From: Octopus sinensis
Lineage: Eukaryota
Length of the DNA stretch: 64,000 nucleotides
Assembly: GCF_006345805.1 (NCBI RefSeq)
Contig: NW_021833082.1
Location: 1-64,000, forward strand
Reading direction: 5' to 3'
In this document: positions 38,517-53,083 of the stretch, in pieces
Layout: each line of letters begins with the position of its first letter
How positions within the stretch are numbered: the first letter of the stretch is position 1
Notes under the pieces: generated by a model
The model's database searches: none
What the model was told of the DNA's origin: nothing
Seen by the model: the letters and a program-made list of their open reading frames with translations, nothing else
Made by a program: the position numbers and the translations under genes

Positions 38517-38562
38517 TAACAAACGTTTCGGCTGATATACCCTCCAGGGTTCATCAGGTGTC
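38517..38562 (-). ncRNA. Minimal type I hammerhead ribozyme motif (inverted decayed copy)
   Basis: Minus strand GACAC-CTGATGA-A-CCCTG-gagggtatat-CAGCC-GAA-ACGT-T-TGTT; core intact, stem II damaged. Confidence 0.55.
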
Positions 38563-38757
38563 TTGGGGAAATTTCGAACCTGGGTTCTCATTCCTAAGGT
38601 ATTTTTTGATGTTATTATTATTATTATTCATATAGTGTAGTGGTTAAGAACACGGGCTACTAACCCCAAGATTCCGAGTTCGGTTCCAAGCAGTGACCTG
38701 AATAATAATATCAAAAAATACCTTAGGAATGAGAAACCAGGTTTGAAATTTCCCCAA

Positions 38758-38803
38758 GACACCTGATGAAGGCTGGAGGGTATATCAGCCGAAGCGTTGA
38801 GTT
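38758..38803 (+). ncRNA. Minimal type I hammerhead ribozyme motif (decayed copy)
   Basis: GACAC-CTGATGA-A-GGCTG-gagggtatat-CAGCC-GAA-GCGT-T-GAGTT; A15.1 is G in this copy. Confidence 0.6.
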
Positions 38804-39937
38804 AACAACAGACAAGATGAGGACAAATATCCGTCGAATGTAAATAATGTAAATAATGTAAATAATGTAAATAATGTAAATAATGTAAATAATTCTTCAT
38901 CTCTTAAATATAGAACTGGATTTGTTTTTAGTAATCAAATGTACGTGCTGTTCATCATCTCACTCATTCCATCAAATTAATGTTACCTGAACAGGTGTAT
39001 GGTGGACCATGCTTCAGGTGTCAAAATGATTGCAGGGCAGCTTTAGATGAAGAATTTTGCTCAAGAACACAATGTACCACCCGGTCAAGGAAATGAAACC
39101 ACAATCTCATGATCGCAAGTGCAACACCCTAACCACCAGGCCACACATCCATATATATATTACAAAAACCCATTAAAATAAAATCCAAAACTGAAGAATA
39201 GGCGCGGGCAACAAAATTATATGTGGACCCCTGTTGAAAACCACTGGGATGGCAAAAAAATAAGTGTCTTCTACCCTAGCCTCAAGCCGACCAAAGGCTT
39301 CTGGGTGGATTTGGCAGACTGAAACTGAAAGAAGCTCATCATGTATATGATTGTGTTTGTGGGTAGGCGGACAATCCATCGACAAACAGTTGGCTAACAG
39401 ACAACTTAAAGACAGGACAATTGACCGGTTATGGCTGTGTGGTTAGGGAGCTTGCTTCCTAGCTATATGGTTTCGGGTTCAGTCCCACTGCATGGCACTT
39501 CGGGCAAGTGTCTTCCGCTATAGCCCCGAGTCGACCGAAGCTTTGTGATTGAATTCGGTAGGTGGAAGTTACTGCCATGTGTGTGTGTGTGCGTGTAGGT
39601 GCTCAGTGCCTCTCTGAAAGAGAGAGAGAGAGGGAAGAGAAAACAAACATGAGCAGAGAAAAACAACGAAAAAAACAAAAGAGGAAGAGAGAAGGGGTAA
39701 GAAATGTCAGTTCAACACGAAGCGCATCAATTGGTCGCACATGATTTAGGGTCCAACAGAACCTACTGAAGCAAGCCCACATGCTCACTGCATTACCACA
39801 GGTGATGGCGAGGCTAAGGCGTCGGAGCAGCCAAGCACCTTCACAAGCATCAGCTGACACCTCAGTAAGGTGAGCCACTAACAATGGCAAGGACTTAGCT
39901 GTTAACAGCCCAGCCCCTAATAGCAAACTTGCTCTGG

Positions 39938-40103
39938 TACTTACTTGAACTTGTGGCGACATTCACCCTGGGCGGGTTGAGTCGGCTTCTTCTACCACCC
40001 TTGAGGCATCTTGAACCATGGCAGCCCACACACGACGGTCCTGTGCCAGTTCACTCAAGATAGCGAGCCAGTCACGGTTCCGTCAGTGCAGGCCGATTCC
40101 ATC
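39938..40103 (-). pseudogene. Second RTE-type LINE, extreme 3' end
   Basis: Minus strand IGLH*RNRDWLAILSELAQDRRVWAAMVQDASRVVEEADSTRPG*, then CACAAGTTCAAGTAAGTA tail typical of RTE ends. Confidence 0.7.
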
Positions 40104-40948
40104 GGTAACCTATCCATTCAAATGGTCTGGTAACCTATCCATTCAAATGCTCTGGTAACCTATCCATTCAAATGGTCTGGTAACCTATCCGTTCAAATGG
40201 TCTGATAACCTATCCATTCAAATGGTCTGGTAACCTATCCATTCAAATGCTCTGGTAACCTATCCATTCAAATGGTCTGGTAACCTATCCATTCAAATGC
40301 TCTGGTAACCTATCCATTCAAATGGTCTGGTAACCTATCCATTCAAATGGTCTGGTAACCTATCCATTCAAATGGTCTGGTAACCTATCCATTCAAATGG
40401 TCTGATAACCTATCCATTCAAATGCTCTGGTAACCTATCCATTCAAATGGTCTGGTAACCTATCCATTCAAATGGTCTGGTAACCTATCCATTCAAATGC
40501 TCTGATAACCTATCCATTCAAATGGTCTGGTAACCTATCCGTTCAAATGGTCTGATAACCTATCCGTTCAAATGGTCTGGTAACCTATCCGTTCAAATGG
40601 TCTGGTAACCTATCCATTCAAATGCTCTGATAACCTATCCATTCAAATGCTCTGGTAACCTATCCATTCAAATGCTCTGGTAACCTATCCATTCAAATGC
40701 TCTGATAACCTATCCATTCAAATGGTCTGGTAACCTATCCATTCAAATGCTCTGATAACCTATCCGTTCAAATGGTCTGGTAACCTATCCGTTCAAATGG
40801 TCTGGTAACCTATCCATTCAAATGCTCTGATAACCTATCCATTCAAATGCTCTGGTAACCTATCCATTCAAATGCTCTGGTAACCTATCCATTCAAATGC
40901 TCTGGTAACCTATCCATTGATATGGTCAGGTAACCTATCCATTCAAAT
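40104..40948. repeat. 25-bp minisatellite, 34 units
   Basis: G(G/A)TAACCTATCC(A/G)TTCAAATG(G/C)TCT; units start at 40104 and every 25 bp thereafter. Confidence 0.97.
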
Positions 40949-41358
40949 TGTGTTATGTCAGCTGTGTTGTTTGCCAAGGACAAACATGAGTTTTTTTTAT
41001 TATTGAAATTTTAATATTTTAATGTTTACACTTATTAAATATTTGTGCAAACAGAGTCTCTTCCTCATTTGCGTCAATTGTATCATATTTTTGAAATTCC
41101 ATTCTACCTGGGTACAATGTTATTTAAATTCAACAATAAGCACACACCCGTGTCTGTTGTGTCCTTGGGAAAGTGTCATAAAATGAAATAATACATAGTG
41201 AATGGTTGTTTAAACATTTTGCATACATAAACACCCTCACTTCAGATGTTACTCACCACTGGCCTTGACTTTAGTGTTATAAGCTGACTCATATTTTAGC
41301 ATTAAATTCGTTTCAGCAAACAAGGTTGAGTGGCTAACAAGCTTGCTTGGCATTAGGT

Positions 41359-42754
41359 CAGAGGTTCTCAACCAACTTTTTCATCTATGGACCCCTTTCA
41401 TTACTGTTTTATTCTGGTGTATCCCCATAGCCATTCGATGCTTAAAATCTAGTTTTATAGAAACTTCTTCCAAAATTCCTGTTTTTGTTTTTCACACATT
41501 GACTTGTGTAGGTTGAAATATGAAAAACACTAGAGAAAAAAAAACCTAACTGTTTCTTGCAATGCATACCAATACATACATGTAAAGCAGGGGTTCTCAA
41601 CCATTTTTTTGTCTATAGACCCCTTCGATTACTATTTTATTCTAGTGAACCCCCATAGCCATTCGATGTCTAAAAACCAGTTTTATAGAAACTTCTTTCA
41701 AAATTATCAATAGTTATCACCAAGCTAACATGGCAACCCAGGAAAATAGGACAAATGCTGCTGTTGATTAGCTCCAAGAGGCCATCGCCTCTAGCTAGAT
41801 ATGTGATACAGGTTTGTGTGTCATATAGCTAGCTAGAGGTGATGGCCTCTTGGAGCTAATCATTGACAGCATTTGTCCTAGTTTTCTCAACTACCATGTT
41901 AGCTTGGCGATAACTATTAATATCCAGTACTGCTGCCGTAGTATCCTTTAGAGAGATTTAGAAATATTGATATTTCTATCTTTGAAAATTCCTATTTTGG
42001 GTATCACACATTAATTTCTGTAGGTTGATCCATATAAGATGTGGTTCTTAACCCTTTTTTATCTATGGACCCCTTCAATTACTTTTTTTATTCTGGAGGA
42101 CCCCTTATACCATTCGATATTTAATAACTAGTTTCATAGAAACTTCTTTCAAAATTTCTTCTTTTTTTGTTTTTCACACATTAACTTGTGTAGGTTGAAC
42201 CATGTAGAATATTAGAGAAAGAAACCCAGCTGTTTCTTGCAATACACAACCAATACACACATCTAAAGCAGGGGTTCTCAACCATTTTTTATCTATGGAT
42301 CCCTTCAATTACTATTTCAGTCTATAGACAAACTAATTTTTATCCCTTTCGTTACAGTATTTATTTTGAGATGCTCTGTGTTTCTTTCAATTACTTTAAA
42401 TATAACAGAGAATTTAGCAAAATAACTTAGTTTATCATTAAGCTAGTGTTAGGAACACCCATACCCATTCCATGTTTAAAAACTAGTTTTCTAGAAACCT
42501 CTTTCAAAATTCTTATTTTGATTTCCACACATTAACTTGTGTAGGTTGAACAATGGAAAATGTTAGAAAAAGAAACCCAGCTGTTTCTTGCAATACATAA
42601 CCAATACATACATCTAAAGCAAAATTTATTCAGGGGCCCTTAAAATATTTTTGTGGATCCCCGATTTACTATTTTTTTTTTGGTTTTTGTGTGGAACCCC
42701 AAAATCGTTTTATGGTCCCTCGGGGCCATATGGACACTAGTGGAGAACCACTCC
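41359..42754 (+). mobile_element. hAT(Charlie)-like MITE with tandemly repeated ~230-bp 5' units and nested inserts
   Basis: CAG(G/A)GGTTCTCAACC-type starts at 41359, 41588, ~42039 and 42269; right end GTGGAGAACCACTC; contains a family 1 MITE piece at ~42340-42457. Confidence 0.65.
41705..41922. mobile_element. Imperfect fold-back (hairpin MITE-like), ~105-bp arms
   Basis: AATAGTTATCACCAAGCTAACATGG...GCTAGATATGTGATACA pairs with TGTGTCATATAGCTAGC...CCATGTTAGCTTGGCGATAACTATT. Confidence 0.8.
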
Positions 42755-42969
42755 ATTAGCTGATTGTTTTCTACAATAACCCTAGGTTGAATAATGGCTT
42801 TTGAGTAGAACAGACAGATGGAAATTGTATGGAAGCCTGCCATCCTCATCATTTAACATTTTTTCTATATGTATGTATGGGTTGGATGGTTTGAAAAAGG
42901 CTGTGCCAAGCTCTGCTGTCTGTTTTGGCATGGATTCTATGACTTGATGCCCATCCAAATACCATCCAT

Positions 42970-43391
42970 GGATCTTTTCGGTTTGACCGGCAGTTTTTTC
43001 TAGTGGTGTCATATGAAATTGACACCTATAATTATGACCCTAGAATCGATCTATTGCATTTCAATCTGTTTTAGGGTTAGGGTTAGACTAAGGTGGGGGA
43101 AAGGGTATCTTTTTTTTCTTCACAAATGTAAATAAACCCAATCTGTTTCTTAAACGAGGGACATATTCATACGGCACAGAATTTTTTTTTACCTCAATGG
43201 ACGTCATTGATTGGTTGAAATTGCAGAAATTGAAGAAAAAAACAACAAATATCTTACAAACTATAGAATTTTCTCGATAAAGCCAAGAGAAAAAAATGTT
43301 TTATAAACACATTCTACCACAATACGAAGTTTAAAATTGTTTAGTTACCTAGAAATTATGTTAAAAACTGCCGGTCAAACCGAAAAGAACC
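42970..43391 (+). mobile_element. Non-autonomous TIR element with TTAGGG tract, full length
   Basis: ~29-bp TIRs GGATCTTTTCGGTTTGACCGGCAGTTTTT / AAAAACTGCCGGTCAAACCGAAAAGAACC; flanks CCATCCAT and CCATCCAC. Confidence 0.85.
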
Positions 43392-43842
43392 CCATCCACT
43401 TTACAGAGTGTACCAGGTGCTTTTTATATAGCACCAGCACTGGTGGGGTCACCAGGTAACTTGCAAAACAAATATCCCTCAGTTGAGAGGTGGGGAGTAG
43501 TATTTAGGGAGGTGGTTTTGTGCCAGTTGATGAAACATAAAGGTTTGTTAGAGATGGGTGCCTTGCTGTAGATGAGATGCATGGCTACCCCTGTTGGGAA
43601 ATTCCATTCCAGCTGGGTATGCTGTTACAGATTCATAAACATTCAACAATAAACACACACGTCAGGTTTGTCCTTGGAAAAGTGTCATAAATTGAAATAA
43701 TACATTATGAACAGTTTTTTAAACATTATACACGCATAAAAACTGTCACTTCGAATGTCAGATATGGCTGACCTTGACGTTTGTGTTATTGACTGACTGA
43801 TATTTTAGTATTAAATTTGTTTCAGCAGGTAAGGCTGAGAGG

Positions 43843-44055
43843 TTAACCCTTTTGATACCAACCTGGCTCTGTAGTACAAATGTCTTGTTTTCATAAGTTT
43901 TGAATTAAAATCTTCCACCAAATCTTAGTCACAATTTACTTTCATAATACTAGCTGAATGATAACTAAGTTATTTTACTAAATTCTTTGTTATATTTAAA
44001 GTAATTGAAAGAAACACAGAGCATCTCAAAATAAATACAGTAACGAAAAGGTTAA
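43843..44055 (-). mobile_element. piggyBac-like MITE family 1
   Basis: Reverse complement of the 1336-1564 unit, TTAA at both ends. Confidence 0.85.
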
Positions 44056-44539
44056 GAAAGTTGCAAGACAAATAACTGTCAGGTAGTGAGCCGTGTTTAG
44101 GGAGGTGCCTTTGTGACATTAAGGTATAACAGATGGATAGAGACAGGTGCCTTGCTGTAGGTGAGAGATACATGGCTACCTCTGTTGGAAGAGAAAAGAG
44201 AGATACTCTGTGTGTACATGTGTATGTGTGTTCCTTTTACTTGTTTCAGGCATTTGACTGTGGCCATGCTGGAGCACCGCCTCTTAGCCAAAGAAAGTGA
44301 CCCCAGGACTTATTGTTTGCGAGCCTGGTGCTTTTTCTGTTGGTTTCTTTTGCCGAACCGCTAAGTTACAGGGATGTAAGTGCACCATTGTGCAAGGTAC
44401 TTCAGATGGGCTGGGGCTATGCGAAACTGGTGCAGAAAGCAGCCATGAACTCGCATTATTTGTCGGGTCTTTGCAGTCACAGCATATCTCCAGAGATCTC
44501 GGAATGAAAAATACTGAACAAGTTTGAGGGGGTTCCTTC

Positions 44540-45083
44540 TACTCTTTTACTCTCTTTTTTTACTCTTTTACTTGTTTCAGTCACTTGACTGCGGCCATGC
44601 TGCAGCACCGACTTTAGTCGAGCAACTCGACCCCGGGACTTATTCTTTTTGTAAGCCCAGTACTTATTCTATCGGTCTCTTTTTGCCGAACCGCTAAGTG
44701 ACGGGGACGTAAACACACCAGCATCGGTTGTCAAGCAATGCTAGGGGAACAAACACAGACACACAAACACACACATACATATATATATATACATAGAAAC
44801 ACTGCCAGATCTGACTGGACTGGTGCAGCTTTCGGGCTCCCCAGACCCCAGTTGAACCGTCCAACCCATGCTAGCATGGAAAGCGGACGTTAAATGATGA
44901 TGATGATGATGATGATATACGACCGGCTTCTTTCAGTTTCCGTCTACCAAATCCACTCACAAGGCATTGGTCGGCCTGGGGCTATAACAGAAGACACTTG
45001 CCAAAGGTGCCACGCAGTGGGATTGAACCCGGAACCATGTGGTTGGTTAGCAAGCTACTTACCACACAGCCACTCCTGCGCCT
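44540..45083 (-). mobile_element. SINE family A split by an RTE 3' tail inserted in its (TA)n tract
   Basis: 3' half 44540-44790, 5' half 44917-45083; insert 44794-44916 (+) ends CATGCTAGCATGGAAAGCGGACGTTAAAT(GAT)n. Confidence 0.85.
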
Positions 45084-45208
45084 TCTCTTTGCTTTTGCTA
45101 CAACTTGTCATCTGTCATGGTGCATTATGTGGGTGCTTGGGCAACTTTTGCATGTGATGCAGAACACTGATGAACTTTGTGGTGCAGTTAATGAAAACTA
45201 CACCACAA

Positions 45209-46025
45209 AGGCGCATGGCTCAGTGGTTAGAGCGTCGAGCTTACGATCGTGAGGTTGTGAGCTCGAATCCCAGACCGGGCTGCGTGTTGTGTTCTTGAGC
45301 AAGACACTTTATTTCACATTGCTCCAGTTCACTCAGCTATAGAAATGAGTTGCAACGTCACTGGTGCCGAGCTGTATTGGCCCCTTTACCTTTCCCTTGG
45401 ATACCATCAGTGGTGCAGAGAGGAGGAACCTTGCCTGGACTTGTAAATTTCTAGATGCAATCCCATGGTCAGTCATGACTGAAGGGGAGGCACATGGCTC
45501 AGTGGTTAATGCATTGAGCTTACGATCGTGAGGTTTTGAGTTCAAATCCCAAACCGGGCTGCGTGTTGTGTTCTTGAGCAAGACACTTTATTTCACCTTG
45601 CTCCAGTTCATTCAGCTGTAGAAATGAGTTGCAATGTCACAGGTACCAAGCTGTATCGGCCCCGTCCGGGTTGCGGATCCGTGGAATAAGCTGCTGGACG
45701 AGATGGTGAAGATGCTGACGACCGCTCGGTTCAAAGTCTCCCTTGACCACAAGTGGCCTGAACTCTTTACATGAACACCACCCTGTACATAACTCCATGT
45801 CCCCCTACATGGCCTTGCTTTTTGCTTTTTGAGCCAAAAAATTAACTAACTAACTAACTAACTAACTTTCCCTTGGACAACATCGGTGGCGTGAAGAGGG
45901 GAGGCCGGTATGCATGGGCGACTGCTGGGCTTCCATAAAAAAAGCCACGTTGCCCAGACTTGTGACTAGGAGGGTAACTTTCTGGGTGCAATCCCATGGT
46001 CGGTGTCATGACCGAAGGGGGTCCC
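45209..46025 (+). mobile_element. Two tandem SINE family C copies, the second interrupted by CR1
   Basis: Heads at 45209 and 45488 with A box TGGCTCAGTGG and B-box-like G(C/T)TC(G/A)AATCC. Confidence 0.85.
45664..45867 (+). mobile_element. CR1-clade LINE (second family) 3' end with (AACT)n tail
   Basis: RVADPWNKLLDEMVKMLTTARFKVSLDHKWPELFT*, short UTR, (AACT)n. Confidence 0.8.
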
Positions 46026-46324
46026 GAGTTAATGAAAGCACAGATATTTGTGACATCATGCATTGCTGAATTTTCACCCATAGCAACAGCCAATAATGAT
46101 GGAAGATTTACTTCACTCAATGAGTGTGAACAATTTTGCAAGGTATTACTGAACAGTGATATGCAATTGCTTGTGTAGTTCATGAGATTATCAATATTGA
46201 TGACATCATACAGTGCAACATTTTCAGCCAATAGCAACGTTCAATTACATTTTCAAAAACGACGGAACAGAAGACTTAATTTATTTGACATGTGTGAGCA
46301 ACTATGATATTTATAAAAATTATT

Positions 46325-47262
<938 letters not shown>

Positions 47263-47319
47263 TCGCCTGGCATGCTAACAATTCTGCCAGCTTGATGCTT
47301 TCGTGAGCAATATTAATAA

Positions 47320-47490
47320 TGGTTTCAAATTTTGGCACAAGGCCAGCAAGCTCAGGAGAGGAGAAAAGTCAATTACATCAACCCCAGTGCCTAAGTGTTA
47401 CATTATCGACCCTGAGCGGATAAAACGTACAGTTGACCTCAAAGGAAATTTGAAACCAGAATATGAGGACAGACAAAATGCAGCTAAGCA
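47320..47490 (-). mobile_element. SINE family D, degraded
   Basis: Reverse-complement similarity to 35640-35870. Confidence 0.55.
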
Positions 47491-47679
47491 TATTGTTTGG
47501 TGTGCTTACATTTCTGTCAGTATAAATCCTTAAATCCTTAAAAATGTTTTAGCCTGAAGTCCACGGCCATGCTGGGGCACCAACGCTGGTATCTTGAGAT
47601 GTCTTGTCTACAGACAAACAAACAAACAAACAATCACGAACAAAAACATCTCCACTTTTGCTAAGGCAGAGGTAATAAT

Positions 47680-48151
47680 AACTCTTTTACTTGTTTCCGT
47701 CATTTGACTGTGGCCATGCTGGAGCACCGCATTTAGTCGAGCAAATCGACCCCAGGACTTATTCTTTTGTAAGCCCAGTACTTATTCTATCGATCTCTTT
47801 TGCCGAACCGCTAAGTTTACTCTTTTACTTGTTTCAGTCATTTGACTGTGGCCATGCTGGAGCACCGCCTTTAGTCGAGCAAATCGACCCCGGGACTTAT
47901 TCTTTTGTAAGCCCAGTACTTATTCTATCGATCTCTTTTGCCGAACCGCTAAGTTTACTCTTTTACTTGTTTCAGTCATTTGACTGTGGCCATGCTGGAG
48001 CACCGCATTTAGTCGAGCAAATCGACCCCGGGACTTATTCTTTTGTAAGCCCAGTACTTATTCTATCGATCTCTTTTGCCGAACCGCTAAGTAACGGGGA
48101 CGTAAACACACCAGCATCGGTTGTCAAGCAATGCTAGGGGGACAAACAAAC

Positions 48152-48182
<31 letters not shown>

Positions 48183-48346
48183 CATATATACGACAGGCTT
48201 CTTTCAGTTTCCGTCTACCAAATCCACTCACAAGACATTGGTCGGCCCGAGGCTATAGTAGAAGATACTTGCCCAAGGTGTCACGCAGTGGGATTGAACC
48301 TGGAACCATGTGGTTGGTAAACAAGCTACTTACCACACAACCACTC
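47680..48346 (-). mobile_element. SINE family A with its 3' tail triplicated (138-bp period)
   Basis: ACTCTTTTACTTGTTTC at 47681, 47819 and 47957, then one body and head. Confidence 0.9.
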
Positions 48347-51070
<2,724 letters not shown>

Positions 51071-51149
51071 AAAGTGACAAGGTGTATATACTTTTAAACT
51101 AGTGATACAGATCAGAACAACACATTTTCATCAGATTTCTGTAAACAAG

Positions 51150-51905
51150 TGGTGGTGTTTGTGTTGGTGTCAGTGGTGGTGGTGGTGGTGGTGGTGGTGG
51201 CGGCAGCGGTGGTGCGGTAGTGGTGGTGGTGGTGGTGGTGGTGGTTGTGGTGGCGGCAGTGGCGGCAGTGGTGGTGGTGGTGGTGGTGGTTGTGGTGGCG
51301 GCGGTGGTGGTGGTGGGGTGGTGGTGGTGGTGGTGGTGGTGGTGGTGGTGGTTGTGGTGGTGGTGGGGTGGTGGTGGTGTGGTGGTGGTGGTGGTTGTGG
51401 TGGTGATGGTGGTGGTGGTGGCGGCAGCGGTGGTGCGGTAGTGGTGGTGGTGGCGGCGGTGGTGGTGGTGTTGGTGGTGGTGGTGGTGGTGGTGGTGGTG
51501 GTGGTGGTGGTGGTGGTGGTTGTGGTAGTGATGGTGGTGGTGGTGTCGGCAGTAGTAGTGGTGGTGGTTTTTGGGAGCATTGGTGATGATGATGATGATG
51601 TTGATGACGACAATGAGGGTGATGGTGATGGTGGTGGTGGTGGTGGTTTAGCTAGCAGTGGGTGGTGATGGTGATGATGATGATGGTGATGAAGGTGGCA
51701 GTGATGATGATGATGATGATGATGATGACAACTCTGAGGATGATGGTGGTGTTGGTAGTGGTGATGGTGGTGGTGGTAATGATGGTGATGATGATGGTGA
51801 GGAAAATGAAAGCTTGTTGTAATATCGCCAATGGTGGTGGTGGTGGTGGTGGTGGTGGTGGTGGTGGTGGTGGTGGCTGCAATGGTTGTAGTGGTGGTGG
51901 CAGTG
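51150..51905. repeat. Degenerate (GGT)n/(GAT)n trinucleotide field
   Basis: Directly visible. Confidence 0.95.
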
Positions 51906-52644
51906 GCATTATCTGTGTCTCCAGGTACTTTTATGGCAAACATTTCCTTGTATCTGATTGGCTGATGCTATTTTCACTTTCACGAGTTCACATTATGTCA
52001 GACCCTTAATTTTTATTTGTATTTGTGTTGTTATTGTTGTTGTTTTTTTGCTTAGTCATAGAAAGAAGGGCATTGCCCCCATGATGTTGTCAAAAAGGGC
52101 CTTGGAGATTGGTAATAGTGGTGCTGCTGGTGGTGCTGGTGGTGGGAATAGAGGAACGGGGTCAGGTCCTTGAAACTAAGGACCTGGCCCCAAATGTTTG
52201 GAACAGTGTGTCTCTGTTGTTGTTTAGTCATGATGTTCAGGCATGGCTAAGCAGATCTGTAATCAAAGGCATTCCAGCCATGACCATTCAGCATAATTCA
52301 GGTATAGGATAATATAGTTTTAGATATGATAGGTTGCTGGTATAACTGTGGGTTTAAGAAGTTCACTTCTGAACCACATGGTTCCAGGTTCTGTCCCACT
52401 GTGTGACACCTTGGGCAAGCATCTTCCACTTTGGACCCCAGACTAACCAATGTGGTGTGAGTGAAATTTAAGAGACAAAAACTGTTGAAACCCAAGATAG
52501 TGTCTATCCCTGAGGAGGTAAAATAACACCAAAACACTGTGTCTACCAGCTTGCTAACATTGTTTGATGTGTTTATACATATAAAGTCTATAGGGAGAAA
52601 TTTGTCATCATCATAGTTTAATATTAATGTCCCATGCTAGTGTA

Positions 52645-53070
52645 GGTATGGAGGCCCATGGGTAAGTGGTCAAAGTGTTGAATTCATGATCATAAATTGT
52701 GGGTTGGATTCCTGGATTGGACAACATGTTGTGTTCTTGAGCAAGACATTTCATTTCGCGTTGCTCCAGTCTGCTCAGCTGACAAAAATGAGTACTTCTG
52801 TGATGGACCAGCATCCCATCCAAGTAGGGAATATATAGATCATAAAACCAGGAAACCAGCCCTTGTGAGTCCCTATGACTCGAGCCTTAGTGGAGGCACA
52901 TGGCTTAGTGGTTAGAGTGTTGGATTCAGGATCTTGACGTTGCAGTTTCAAACTCTGGACCAGGCAATGCATTGTATTCTTGAGCAAAACACTTTATTCT
53001 ATTTTGTTCCAGTCCACTCAGCTGGCAAAAATGAGTAACGCTGTGACAGACTAGCATCCCATCCAGGTGG
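52645..53070 (+). mobile_element. Two degraded SINEs with family C-like core and family B-like tail
   Basis: GTTCTTGAGCAAGACA...TTGCTCCAGTC core followed by AGCATCCCATCCA.GT.GGG...GGAAACC.GCCCTT.TGAG. Confidence 0.55.
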
Positions 53071-53083
53071 GGTACATACATGG

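Larger units (their letters stand above)
38460..38918 (+). mobile_element. tRNA-headed element with hammerhead-bearing tail and a 5' inverted copy of the tail
   Basis: tRNA-like head 38631-38698 (TAGTGTAGTGG, GAGTTCGGTTCC, GGG-CTACTAA-CCC anticodon-like arm); tail 38699-38893 ending in (TGTAAATAA)n; 38461-38630 is its reverse complement; candidate TSD GATTTGTTT at 38451-38459 and 38919-38927. Confidence 0.75.

Noticed and set aside
38631-38698. tRNA-Ser(ACT) gene
   Set aside because: Anticodon-like arm only; no pairing acceptor stem, B box mutated, and fused to a repeat tail
40104-40948. 25-bp direct repeats as a CRISPR array
   Set aside because: Units are contiguous with no spacers, there are no cas genes, and the context is eukaryotic
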